From assembly GCA_963822405.1 (NCBI GenBank), contig CAWGHH010000005.1:39439-103438 (forward strand): DNA of 64,000 nucleotides, written 5' to 3'. Source of the DNA: Candidatus Uhrbacteria bacterium. Its GTDB lineage: Bacteria; Patescibacteriota; Patescibacteriia; UBA9934. The position numbers and the translations under genes are program-made. The first letter of the stretch is position 1. Every line of letters starts with the position of its first letter. Of this stretch, positions 45,343 to 54,863 are shown piece by piece. The notes beneath the pieces are model-generated. The model did no database searches. It was not told where the DNA came from and worked only from the letters and a program-made list of their open reading frames with translations.

Positions 45343-46325
45343 TCACCTAGCAAGTTCAGCAATTACATCCCGAGTTTTCATTGTCGACATGTCCTGTGCG
45401 GTTACATCCGTTTGAGCTGATCCAACGTGATACCGAGTGAACAACGTTGGCTCTAGGTCAATTACATAATCAGCCCAGCGCGCGCCATATCGAGCCTTCG
45501 CTATCTCTTCGTTTGGTAGCCAACGCAAAACTCCCACGCCGTCAGGTGCTGATTCTACTTCATAGGTCTTAGAATCGCTTTGAATCTTTACGAGCACTAC
45601 GCCCGGCTTGGGCAACATTGGAATGTCCATCGGCAAAGTTGGCAAAGTAGCGTCCGTCACCCAGATGACGTCTTTAAAGGACGACGCCCAAGTAAAAAAT
45701 GTTGTGCTATTCCAAAATGGTCGACGCTTAAAATCACTCGTCACATAATAAACCGTATCAAACCCAAAGCTTCGAATATACTGCCCCGCCTTCACCTCAG
45801 AAATCGGCTCGATTAGTCCAGTGATCGGCGAAGGACCGGTTCGTGCGGTGATTGGCGCAGTCACCGTTAATACGACTTCGCTCGCAACCAAGTTAACACC
45901 GCTATTATTCCGACCGGTCGTCTGTAAAATAACTTGACCGGAAAGTGTTGATGGAACGATCCAAGAATAAGGCCCACTGTTGAGACATCGGTGACAATAG
46001 GCGTGAAGTGAACACCGGCATCAACAGAGTAAGCGAGAGAAACGCTGCTAATGCCCTGACCACTAACCGTCCAATTAACGGAAACGTTGCTACCGGCCGC
46101 AACAGAACCTGCCGAAGGAGCAGTCAAAGCAATGTCAGGAATGGTCGATGGCACCCAACCACCTCCGCTACTCGTAGCACAAACGGTGGTTGATGGCGTA
46201 AAAACTACAGGGCTGTTTGACGAAGTAACGGTCAAAGTCACAATACCAGAAACTTTCGTGCAAGGATTTAAACCCTTATCATTTTCAAGTCGACCATTAC
46301 CCGGCGCTTGTAGTCGGTGAGGCAA
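45343..46325 (-). pseudogene. frameshifted C-terminal paralog fragment of the large surface protein (homolog of the last ~330 aa of ORF 57891..61181)
   Basis: ORF 45343..45891 aligns with the final ~130 aa of the 1096-aa protein (YYVTSDFKRRPFWN...VTDATLPTLPM..LPKPGVVLVKI...RWLPNEE...ARWADYVIDLEPTLFT vs YYIDSSMKRRPFQD...VTDATLSTLTMGKPMLPKAGVILVKI...RWIPSET...ASWADYVIDIPSTLYT). ORF 45867..46325 aligns with its preceding domain (NVSVNWTVSG..SVSLAYSVDAG vs ELNSITWSS..SVNLSYATSNTG). The two ORFs are in different frames. No signal peptide or N-terminal region. Confidence 0.6.
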
Positions 46326-46531
46326 TACTCGACGGCAAAATTACCCCTATCGTTCCCGGCGATATTGTCATCGTCACTCCAGGTACACAGCACAACTTCA
46401 AAAATACCAGTAAGGTGGTCATGAAAATTATGACCATTTACTCCCCACCAAATCACATTGACGGTCGCATCCAGCACACAAAAGTAGAGGCTGATGCTGA
46501 CGTAGCCGATGAGGCTTTTGGCGAAGCTCAA
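46229..46531 (+). pseudogene. 5'-truncated cupin-domain gene remnant
   Basis: Frame open from 46229 with no start codon. Encodes ...GEAILDGKITPIVPGDIVIVTPGTQHNFKNTSKVVMKIMTIYSPP (cupin motif 2 P-x-G-x2-H-x3-N). Its 5' end is overwritten by the minus-strand surface-protein fragment. Confidence 0.45.
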
Positions 46532-46618
46532 TAATTGCTAGCTATTATTTCAGATCCCTGTTATGGTGCGATCCTAAGAGACGGTAGCCGACTTAACGGC
46601 TCCAATACGCACACCAAT

Positions 46619-46759
46619 ATGTCAGACGACACCATGCCAGTAGCAGACGAGACAGTAGTAGTTCCTCCAGCTGCTCCAGTAGCTGACAAAACAACCGCAG
46701 CTCCAGTAGAGGAGGCTGAGGAAGTAGCAGCAGATGTTACAGAAGAGGCAGCCGCGTAA
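46619..46759 (+). CDS. small acidic protein (46 aa), hypothetical
   Basis: MSDDTMPVADETVVVPPAAPVADKTTAAPVEEAEEVAADVTEEAAA; followed by a terminator; weak. Confidence 0.2.
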   Translation: MSDDTMPVADETVVVPPAAPVADKTTAAPVEEAEEVAADVTEEAAA

Positions 46760-46773
46760 CTCACTGGTTTGAA

Positions 46774-46803
46774 AAAATCCCACTGAAAAGTGGGATTTTT
46801 TGT
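46774..46803 (+). terminator. rho-independent terminator
   Basis: aaatcccact-gaaa-agtgggattt followed by TTTTTGTTT. Confidence 0.65.
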
Positions 46804-46834
46804 TTAGGTCGTCCTCACGGTACACTACTGTCAT

Positions 46835-47449
46835 ATGATCCCCTGGACTCCTGACGAACGTCGACTGTTACGCACACTCTCAACGCCGGCCAAAATTCAA
46901 GACTTCGTGAACTCGCTTACTTATCGAGTATCCGGCGACAACGAAACCTGCCTCTCCCCTCGCCGAGTACTTGAAGAACGCAACGCTCAATGTATAGAAG
47001 GCGCCATGTTTGCCGCGGCCGCACTTCGAATCAACGGCTTCGCGCCGCTTATTGTCGACATGGAATCAACCGCCAATGACTATGACCATGTCATAGCGGT
47101 TTATCAGATCAATAAACATTGGGGCGCAATTTCCAAAACGAACCACGGCGTTCTACGCTATCGCGAACCAGTCTATCGAACCATCCGAGAACTCGTCATG
47201 AGTTATTTCCACGAATATTTTCTCCAGTCTACTCGCACTAAAACTCTTCGAACCTTTTCAAAACCTGTCGATCTTACTAGGTTCGACAAACAAGGCTGGG
47301 AAACGAGCGAAGAATCCATTTGGTATATCCCCGAATATTTGCTTGAGATTCCCCACTCGCCAATTTTAACCAAAAGCCAAATCTCCCGACTTCGAAAAGC
47401 AGATGTAATTGAAGTCCAAATGGGCGAGCTCACAGAGTGGCCTGAATAA
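46835..47449 (+). CDS. hypothetical protein, possible papain-like (C39-type) Cys/His peptidase fold
   Basis: RNAQCIEGAMFAAAALRINGF resembles the C39-family catalytic-Cys context (CG.AS.AM.L.YG), with downstream DYDHVIAVYQ as a candidate His; tentative. Confidence 0.35.
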   Translation: MIPWTPDERRLLRTLSTPAKIQDFVNSLTYRVSGDNETCLSPRRVLEERNAQCIEGAMFAAAALRINGFAPLIVDMESTANDYDHVIAVYQINKHWGAISKTNHGVLRYREPVYRTIRELVMSYFHEYFLQSTRTKTLRTFSKPVDLTRFDKQGWETSEESIWYIPEYLLEIPHSPILTKSQISRLRKADVIEVQMGELTEWPE

Positions 47450-47454
47450 GTGAT

Positions 47455-49512
47455 ATGATATGTAACAAAGGCTTTTTCTCTATTAGTGAATCTATGAAAC
47501 AAATCGCCAACCGTCACACCACACGCTTCCGTTCGATGGCTGGTTTAGCGGCCATATTTGCAATGTCAATGTCGATCATCGTGCTTAGTGGCTATATTGC
47601 GCACATTCGAGTGCTTCAGTCTTTCACCATGCCGGTAGCCATGAATCCAGTCACGGCTATTTTATTTTTTCTAGGTGGTGCGACACTGTTAATTCTTTGG
47701 CAAACAAATCCGTCACGCATTGTAATACGCATCGGAATTTTCGCAGCCTTTTTCATCGCCTCGCTAGGCGCAATCAAAGTGGTTGGGGTGTTAACCAATC
47801 AGCCAGTTTACTTTGATCAAGCACTATTTTCTAATCAGTTGATACAAGAAGGCCTACAAACCGGCAAAGAAAATGAAATCGCCCCGAACTCAGCTCTCTG
47901 CTTCTTTTTCCTCGGCCTCGCAGTATATTTCCTCCTACTCAAACGTAACATATATATAGCCCAAGGATTGACCTTAGCAACCTTTTTCATTGCCCTCATC
48001 GTTCTCCTTGGATACCTTTATGACGCAGAACGATTTACCGGTATATCCGGGGACATGCCAATGGCACTAAACGCTACCATTACCTTTGCAGTTTTGTCCC
48101 TCGGAATAATTCTCGTGCGCGCGAATACTGGATTTATTAAAATAATTGTTGACTACGGAGCTGGTGGCACAATGATCAGAAAATTAGTTCCTGTAGCTGT
48201 TATTGTTCCCGCGCTACTTGGGTACATCCATGTCCTAGCAGAAGAAAAACAATGGCTGTCATATGATCTTGTGACCGCATTACTCGTCATGGCCAATATA
48301 ATCCTTATCATTGGCGTCATTGTTCTGCACTCCGCAAAAATTCACCGGCTTGATGCAGATCGCCAAACTGCACTGGAACATTTTGAAAATCTTAACGCAA
48401 AAAATGTAGCCATACTAGACAGCATTGGCGAAGGGCTAATTGCTACAGATGCTTCTTTCCGCATACTTCTAGCAAATGATAGCGCTGGCAAGCTACTCGG
48501 AGAAACACCGTCTCGTTTACTCGAACCCAAACAACGAGAATCTGCCATGATTCTCTACAATCACGAGGGAGGAGAAGTTCCGAACAATCTTCGTCCGTGT
48601 TGGAAAGCGCTCCATACGGGGAAAAAAGTAGTTTCAGATATTGTCACTAATGATCGTTACTTCGTCAAACGCAAAGATGGAACGGCCATCCCAATAGCCA
48701 TAACCGCAACCCCAGTAAAGCTTCATCAGAAAACTATAGGAGTAGTCATCATCTTCAGAGATCTGACGAGTGAACTCGCCCTAGAACAAACTAAAACCGA
48801 ATTCATCTCACTTGCCACTCACCAGCTACAAACGCCCCCTACGGCTATCAGCTGGAACACCGAATTATTGCTCCAAGGGGACGCCGGAAAACTCTCCCCA
48901 CAACAACGCTCGCTCGTTAACGATATCCATGACACAAGCAAGGGCATGACAGAAATTGTACACGCCCTATTAAACGCCGCCCGACTGGAGTTAGGCACAT
49001 ACATGGTCGAGCCAAAGCCAGTAGACGTTGTAGAGCTCTGTCACAACGAAGCAAAAACCTTCACCTCGGCACTTGAGACGAATAATCTACATATCGTCGA
49101 ACACTATGAATCAAAAATTCCAACCATTACAGCAGATCCAACGCTCACTCGAGTAATTCTCCAAAACCTTATCTCGAATGCGGTGAAATATACTCAGAAA
49201 GAAGGAACGATCACTCTAACTATTAAAAAGGCCGAGAAGCCAGCAGGCGTCACTATCTCAGTTACGGATACCGGTGTGGGTATTCCAAAAAACCAACAAA
49301 CGTTAATTTTCTCCAAAATGTTCCGAGCTGATAACGTCAGGGAAAATAGTCAGGGCACAGGACTCGGACTCTATCTAGTAAAATCGATAGTTGACCTGTC
49401 GCACGGAAAAATTTGGTTCGAGTCTAAAGAAAACAAGGGAACAACTTTCCACGTATTCCTTCCACAAATAGGCATACATGCAAAACAAGGCACGTCACGG
49501 ATTACGACCTAA
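47455..49512 (+). CDS. sensor histidine kinase (polytopic membrane N-domain, PAS region, HisKA, HATPase_c)
   Basis: About 8 N-terminal TM segments. H-box FISLATHQLQTPPTAISWNTELL. N, G1 and G2 boxes (LISNAVKYT; VTDTGVGIP; GTGLGLYLVKSI). Confidence 0.85.
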   Translation: MICNKGFFSISESMKQIANRHTTRFRSMAGLAAIFAMSMSIIVLSGYIAHIRVLQSFTMPVAMNPVTAILFFLGGATLLILWQTNPSRIVIRIGIFAAFFIASLGAIKVVGVLTNQPVYFDQALFSNQLIQEGLQTGKENEIAPNSALCFFFLGLAVYFLLLKRNIYIAQGLTLATFFIALIVLLGYLYDAERFTGISGDMPMALNATITFAVLSLGIILVRANTGFIKIIVDYGAGGTMIRKLVPVAVIVPALLGYIHVLAEEKQWLSYDLVTALLVMANIILIIGVIVLHSAKIHRLDADRQTALEHFENLNAKNVAILDSIGEGLIATDASFRILLANDSAGKLLGETPSRLLEPKQRESAMILYNHEGGEVPNNLRPCWKALHTGKKVVSDIVTNDRYFVKRKDGTAIPIAITATPVKLHQKTIGVVIIFRDLTSELALEQTKTEFISLATHQLQTPPTAISWNTELLLQGDAGKLSPQQRSLVNDIHDTSKGMTEIVHALLNAARLELGTYMVEPKPVDVVELCHNEAKTFTSALETNNLHIVEHYESKIPTITADPTLTRVILQNLISNAVKYTQKEGTITLTIKKAEKPAGVTISVTDTGVGIPKNQQTLIFSKMFRADNVRENSQGTGLGLYLVKSIVDLSHGKIWFESKENKGTTFHVFLPQIGIHAKQGTSRITT

Positions 49513-49526
49513 CTAATAATGCCTAT

Positions 49527-50339
49527 ATGAAAAAATATCTATTCCCGTCACTACTCCTCGCCTTAAACATTATCATCATATCCGTAGCCGAGTTTTCTGG
49601 TAACGGAAGTTTTTTTGAGACCAGTGGCTTGATTCATTTAATGGCCATTTTTTTCTGTCTATTAAGCATCTACACCATTTACCGGCTGCGATATTTACAG
49701 GGAGAAGTATTTTCTAAAATTTTTCAAAGCCTCTCCGCCGCTCTACTCATCTTCAGCGCCGCTCACGTCATTGAATACTTCATGACCATTGCCAACCTGC
49801 AAAATTCATTGAAACAAATCACAGACGTCAGTGTCTTGGTCTTATATGCCTTTAGTTTAATCGTCACCTATCGTGGCTTTGAAGGTATATTAAAAATGCG
49901 CCCGAGCAATAAAAAGAGACTAATGTTTCTACCCGGAATCGCTCTTTGTCTTCTTGCCGTCATCGCCTTACTAATATTAATGGTTGATCGCGAGGCTCTA
50001 GCGGGATATGCGCTAATCTTCCCAATGGGCTTAGCTCTATTCAATATCACGATTACCCTATTTCTCGTCTCGCAAAACAAAGAGATCACAAAAATCATGC
50101 CTTTCCTCAATCAGTTCATCTCCATGTTGCGATACAGTCTATTATTAATGGCTCTAGCAACTATCTTCGAGCTACTCGAAATCATGAAAGTGACTGCCAT
50201 TCCTCAAATTCAAATAACATATCTGGCGCATTTTGCCCTTTATGCCGGAATCAGCGTCCAACTACTAGCCTTCAACAAATTGTACAATTTAGGCGGAATC
50301 TATGAGGATCTCCGCAACGCTTCCAAAAAATCCAAATAG
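49527..50339 (+). CDS. polytopic membrane protein (7-8 TM), hypothetical, adjacent to histidine kinase
   Basis: Hydrophobic profile only. Confidence 0.45.
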   Translation: MKKYLFPSLLLALNIIIISVAEFSGNGSFFETSGLIHLMAIFFCLLSIYTIYRLRYLQGEVFSKIFQSLSAALLIFSAAHVIEYFMTIANLQNSLKQITDVSVLVLYAFSLIVTYRGFEGILKMRPSNKKRLMFLPGIALCLLAVIALLILMVDREALAGYALIFPMGLALFNITITLFLVSQNKEITKIMPFLNQFISMLRYSLLLMALATIFELLEIMKVTAIPQIQITYLAHFALYAGISVQLLAFNKLYNLGGIYEDLRNASKKSK

Positions 50340-50347
50340 TTCTACCT

Positions 50348-50500
50348 ATGGAATGCCCAAATTGTCACCGACACATGAGTACCGTTAAAACCGGAACCTC
50401 CTACGGTCACAGCGGAAAAAAGTATGACACTGTTCAGTACCGCTGTATGAGCTGTGATACTTGGGCGAATATTGAAACTCCGCAAGAAGAAAAAGAATAG
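50348..50500 (+). CDS. 50-aa zinc-ribbon protein (C-P-x-C...C-x2-C)
   Basis: MECPNCHRHMSTVKTGTSYGHSGKKYDTVQYRCMSCDTWANIETPQEEKE. Below the ORF-track length cutoff. Confidence 0.4.
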   Translation: MECPNCHRHMSTVKTGTSYGHSGKKYDTVQYRCMSCDTWANIETPQEEKE

Positions 50501-50507
50501 TCACGGG

Positions 50508-51260
50508 TCACTCAGCGAGCAGGCATTCGCCCTCACAGCTAACAAGCGTTCCCGCGTCTTCGCCAAGCAGTACTCGAGCGATACTTCCTGGTTCTGACAA
50601 GCTAAAAACGAGGATGGGCAAATTTCTATCTCGACTGAGCGCAAGTGCTGTCGAGTCCATGACGTTCAGCTGTCGATTTATAGCTTCATTAAACGATAGT
50701 CGAGTGAATCGCCTGGCATCTGGATGATGCCTTGGATCTTTTTCAAATACGCCGTTAACATTAGTTGCCTTCATGACAATATCCGCCTTGATCTCAGCGC
50801 CGCGAAGAACCGCGGCAGTATCCGTTGTAAAATGCGGATTCCCAGTGCCAGCGCCAAAGATCACAATACGTCCCTTCTCCAAGTGACGTTCGGCTCTGCG
50901 CTGAATATACGGTTCGGCAATTCGGTGCATTTCAATGGCGGACATGACACGCGTCTTCACGTTCATGTTTTCGAGCGAGCTTTGTAAAGCAAGCGCGTTC
51001 AACATCGTGGCCAGCATCCCCATGTGATCCCCTGTTTCTTTTGGAATCTTTAGTTCATCCGCCATTCGTCCACGGAAAATATTACCGCCACCAACCACGA
51101 CCGCAATTTCCACACCGCGCTCAGCAGCCTCCTTAATCTCAGACGCAAACCGCTCAAGATGCTCAACGTGAATAATCCCTCGCTCTCCCCCACCAAGCGC
51201 CTCACCGGAAAGTTTTAACAGCACGCGTTTGTACTTAGGCTCGATCATTTGTTCAGTCAT
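50508..51260 (-). CDS. pyrH: UMP kinase
   Basis: KYKRVLLKLSGEALGG, VVGGGNIFRG and the amino-acid kinase fold (250 aa). Confidence 0.9.
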   Translation of the reverse strand: MTEQMIEPKYKRVLLKLSGEALGGGERGIIHVEHLERFASEIKEAAERGVEIAVVVGGGNIFRGRMADELKIPKETGDHMGMLATMLNALALQSSLENMNVKTRVMSAIEMHRIAEPYIQRRAERHLEKGRIVIFGAGTGNPHFTTDTAAVLRGAEIKADIVMKATNVNGVFEKDPRHHPDARRFTRLSFNEAINRQLNVMDSTALALSRDRNLPILVFSLSEPGSIARVLLGEDAGTLVSCEGECLLAE

Positions 51261-51510
51261 AGGTTGCCATCATTAATACGACTAGCGAGTCGCAGAGTCA
51301 ACCCAAGCTGTGTCATTCTCATTCTTGGCACAAAAAAGCGCAGAGCCTGGGTTCTACCTAGGGACAAACTGTCCCCAGATAAACATTCCGAAACCGATTA
51401 AACTACCATGTGAAATATTCCGGTTAGCCAAGTGTAGTACTAGGTGAGCCTGAAGGCAGACGTCCCTTCGGCCAAGTCTAATGCGTTACATAAGTATTCA
51501 TTTTTCTCTT

Positions 51511-52047
51511 ATGACATCAATGCAAAAAGCGTTCATTGCGGCCGTGGCTACAGCTACTATTGGTGCTGGCACAATAGGTATCGGTTCGGCCTTTGCTGCA
51601 GAAACCGGAACTCATCCAAAATTAGATAACCTAATGCAAGCAATTGCAACAAAATTCAACCTAAAGACTGATGAGGTACAGAGAGTATTCGATGAGCAAC
51701 GCGCCCTAGGACAAGCAGAACGCAAAACTGAATTCGAACAACACGCGGCTGATGTCCTAGCTAAAGCAGTGACTGACGGCAAGCTGACCCAAACGCAGGC
51801 CGACGCGCTCATCGCTAAACGAGCTGAGATAGAAGCGAACAAACCAGATCTCACCGGCAAAACTCCAGCTGAAATTAGAGCAGCTCTAAAGACGCAACAC
51901 GAAGCAGTCCAAGCCTGGGCCAAAGAAAACGGAATTCCAGAAAACTTCATCTTCCGTGGCGCGCCATTCGCTGGTCGTGGTGACAGACCAATGGGAGGTA
52001 GGGGCATGATGGGTGGTGCTGGTATGTTCCAACTAAACAATAAATAA
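51511..52047 (+). CDS. secreted hypothetical protein with Gly/Met-rich C-terminus
   Basis: Signal peptide MTSMQKAFIAAVATATIGAGTIGIGSAFA, helical repeats, C-terminal RGDRPMGGRGMMGGAGMF. Confidence 0.45.
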   Translation: MTSMQKAFIAAVATATIGAGTIGIGSAFAAETGTHPKLDNLMQAIATKFNLKTDEVQRVFDEQRALGQAERKTEFEQHAADVLAKAVTDGKLTQTQADALIAKRAEIEANKPDLTGKTPAEIRAALKTQHEAVQAWAKENGIPENFIFRGAPFAGRGDRPMGGRGMMGGAGMFQLNNK

Positions 52048-52058
52048 TTATTACCCCC

Positions 52059-52089
52059 AAACATCCGGTCTATCCGGATGTTTGTTTTT
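52059..52089 (+). terminator. rho-independent terminator
   Basis: acatccgg-tcta-tccggatgt followed by TTGTTTTT. Confidence 0.65.
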
Positions 52090-52146
52090 AACAGATATTC
52101 GTGCAAATGAAATAAAACCGGCGCAAAAGCGTAGTATCAGCATACT

Positions 52147-54141
52147 ATGATCAAGAAAATCACAACTTTCGCTAAAAACCGCAAAAAAACCACTGCCACA
52201 GCTGGCGTAGCTAGCCTCGCCTTAGCTGCGGTCATGATCAATTCACTAACTGGCGCCGCACCAGAAACTAAGTATGTGGTGCAAACTGTAGCCAGAGAAA
52301 CCGTTTCCACGACCATCTCCGGGACTGGTCAAATTTGGGGCGAAACGCAAATTGACGTAAAGCCCGAGGCAAGCACTAAAATTACTTCCGTGAAAGTAAA
52401 AAATGGTAGCTTTGTTAAAGCAGGAACAATCCTAGCAACGCTTGACGCGGGCGACGCCCAAAAAACAGTCCGTGACGCGTCTCTAAGTTTGCGAAGTGCT
52501 GAACTAGCTTATGCAAAACTCGTGAAGGCGCCAAGCACACTCACCCAACTCCAAACGGAGCACGCGCTTGAGGACGCCAAAAGCACGCTCAGTAATTTGG
52601 AATCTCCAAGCACGGTAGACGTGGCAGACGCGCAGGTTGCGGTTGATACCGCGGAACGGTCACTTAATAAAGCCGAACGAAATCTGGAGTCAGTTCAGTC
52701 CACAAACGCCACCGATTCCGTTTCTCCGTATACTGATGCTTATGGCTCAGTCTCTTCAGCTTTCGTTAATCTCCCGGACGTCATGCAGGATTTAAAAAAC
52801 GTCTTGGGCAGTGAAACGCACGGTAATGAAAATATTGCCTATTATAAATTGCTCATCGATCCCATCTTTACGGATCGAGTCGAAGTGAGCGTCACTCGAG
52901 CGAATACTTCTTATGCCAAGGCCTTTTCTGACTACTCGACCACAAGTCGAACCAGTGATCCAGAAACTATCACTGCATTAGTCTCAGAAACGCTCGACGC
53001 CGCAACAAATATCGCTGATGCCCTGGATAATGCAGCCACCATGTTCGACGAAATGAGCCGCGCAAACTACGGCAATCTTGCGATAGCCGATACGATTGAC
53101 GAATTAATACCCGCAATCGAATCAGATATTAACACCGTAAAATCCGACGTCTCGTCCCTAAACAACGCCTCAGATGCTATCACTAAAAGTGCGGTAGATG
53201 TTCCAAATAATTTAGCCGACGCTCAAGATGCTGTTAGCACGGCTCAAGTGAATCTCGCGAAAACTCAACAAGCACTTGAAGACCTCATTCATCCGAGCGC
53301 CGAAACTTTAAGAAAAGCTCAGGCTGCTGTTCTTGAAAAAACTGCCTCACTTGAGGCGCTCAATAGTGGCACTGATCCACTTGATCTTGAATCCCAAAAA
53401 CTCTCGCTCGAGGGCAAGAGAAATGCCCTAGCTGACGCCTTAGAAACGTATTCCAAATATACTGTTAAGGCACCAATGGATGGCACCGTTGCCGGCCTCA
53501 CAGTAAAAACAGGGCAAACGCTTGGTACGGGTGCCCTCTTAACCATGATCTCAAATCAACAGTCGGCAAAGATTGACGTGAATGAAATTGACGCCGCAAA
53601 AATCTCCGTTGGTCAAAAAGCCACGCTCACTTTTGACGCTGTAGACGGACTTGAAGTATCCGGTCACGTGGCGGACGTGGACATCATGGGAACAGTAGCT
53701 CAAGGCGTTGTGTCCTACGGCGTCGTTGTAATTCTCGACACCGAGGACGCTCGAATAAAGCCCGGCATGAGCAGTAGCGTAACCATTATCACCGCCGTTT
53801 CTCAGAATGCCCTCACCGTCCCAACTTCGGCCGTCAAAACTTCTGGCGGATCTTCTTATGTCGAAGTTTTCGATCCCGCATTAACCGACACCGGTAGCAC
53901 GTCCGGCACAGCCTCAAAAACTCCCCCAATCAAAAAACCGGTCACTACCGGCTTAGTTGGCGACACCTCAACCGAAATTCTCTCCGGCTTAAATGAGGGC
54001 GATCAAATAGTAGTCCGCACCATCACCGCCACTACTACCACCAAAACTACTTCAGCCGCCCCGAGTATCCTCGGTGGTTCAACCGGTGGTAGCCGAGGCG
54101 GAGGCATGCCGAGCGGTGGGCCTTCGTTCATTGGTCAATAA
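52147..54141 (+). CDS. HlyD/MacA-family periplasmic adaptor (membrane fusion protein) with extended coiled coil
   Basis: N-terminal TM anchor, biotinyl/lipoyl-like hairpin (IDVKPEASTKITSVKVKNGSFVKAGTILATLD), about 300 aa coiled coil, C-terminal beta-barrel/MPD domains. Confidence 0.75.
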   Translation: MIKKITTFAKNRKKTTATAGVASLALAAVMINSLTGAAPETKYVVQTVARETVSTTISGTGQIWGETQIDVKPEASTKITSVKVKNGSFVKAGTILATLDAGDAQKTVRDASLSLRSAELAYAKLVKAPSTLTQLQTEHALEDAKSTLSNLESPSTVDVADAQVAVDTAERSLNKAERNLESVQSTNATDSVSPYTDAYGSVSSAFVNLPDVMQDLKNVLGSETHGNENIAYYKLLIDPIFTDRVEVSVTRANTSYAKAFSDYSTTSRTSDPETITALVSETLDAATNIADALDNAATMFDEMSRANYGNLAIADTIDELIPAIESDINTVKSDVSSLNNASDAITKSAVDVPNNLADAQDAVSTAQVNLAKTQQALEDLIHPSAETLRKAQAAVLEKTASLEALNSGTDPLDLESQKLSLEGKRNALADALETYSKYTVKAPMDGTVAGLTVKTGQTLGTGALLTMISNQQSAKIDVNEIDAAKISVGQKATLTFDAVDGLEVSGHVADVDIMGTVAQGVVSYGVVVILDTEDARIKPGMSSSVTIITAVSQNALTVPTSAVKTSGGSSYVEVFDPALTDTGSTSGTASKTPPIKKPVTTGLVGDTSTEILSGLNEGDQIVVRTITATTTTKTTSAAPSILGGSTGGSRGGGMPSGGPSFIGQ

Positions 54142-54144
54142 ATT

Positions 54145-54858
54145 ATGCTCGAAGTTTCCAACGTTACCAAAACCTACACCACCGGAAAAGAAACTTTCCA
54201 AGCTCTAAAGGGCGTAAGTTTTAGTATTAAAGATGGAGAGTTCGTTGCTATCATGGGACCGTCTGGTTCCGGCAAATCTACGCTCATGCATATCTTGGGC
54301 GCACTCGATACTCCCTCGTCGGGAACATATACGCTTGACGGTAAAGACGTGTCGACGCTCTCCGAAGATGAACTCGCAAATATCCGAAAGCAACATATCG
54401 GATTTGTGTTTCAGTCGTTCAACTTGCTTCCCCGGGCAACAGTTCTTCGCAACGCGACACTTCCTCTTATCTATTCCGGTATCCCAAAAGAAGAACGTGA
54501 ACGCATAGCTGGGGCAGCACTCAAAGCAGCAGGCCTTCAAGAATCTCACTTCAACCACCGGTCAAACGAACTCTCCGGCGGACAGATCCAGCGCGTCGCC
54601 ATTGCCCGAGCACTCGTAAATAATCCCGCAATTATTCTTGCCGACGAACCAACCGGCAACCTAGATTCACAAACCGGTGAAATTGTTCTCGGCACTTTTC
54701 AAAAACTTAACCGCGAGCATGGTCGAACAATTATTCTCATCACTCACGAACCGGATGTCGCTGAACATGCAGACCGGATTCTACTCATGAAAGATGGCCT
54801 GCTTGTCAGCGACAAAAGCAGCCACACCAAACGCAAAAGCCCTTATGCGATTTCCTGA
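54145..54858 (+). CDS. ABC transporter ATP-binding protein, MacB/LolD type
   Basis: [44 protein letters not shown]. Confidence 0.85.
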   Translation: MLEVSNVTKTYTTGKETFQALKGVSFSIKDGEFVAIMGPSGSGKSTLMHILGALDTPSSGTYTLDGKDVSTLSEDELANIRKQHIGFVFQSFNLLPRATVLRNATLPLIYSGIPKEERERIAGAALKAAGLQESHFNHRSNELSGGQIQRVAIARALVNNPAIILADEPTGNLDSQTGEIVLGTFQKLNREHGRTIILITHEPDVAEHADRILLMKDGLLVSDKSSHTKRKSPYAIS

Positions 54859-54863
54859 TCTAC

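Noticed and set aside
46087-46320. Plus-strand ORF as the N-terminal half of the cupin gene
   Set aside because: It fully overlaps the minus-strand reading, which has convincing similarity to the surface protein. The cupin remnant is better explained as 5'-truncated.
51400-51480. SRP (4.5S) RNA because of gaaggcagacg resembling the AGGCAGA region
   Set aside because: Helix-8 features (GNRA loop with conserved AGCA/GGAA internal loops) could not be built on either strand.
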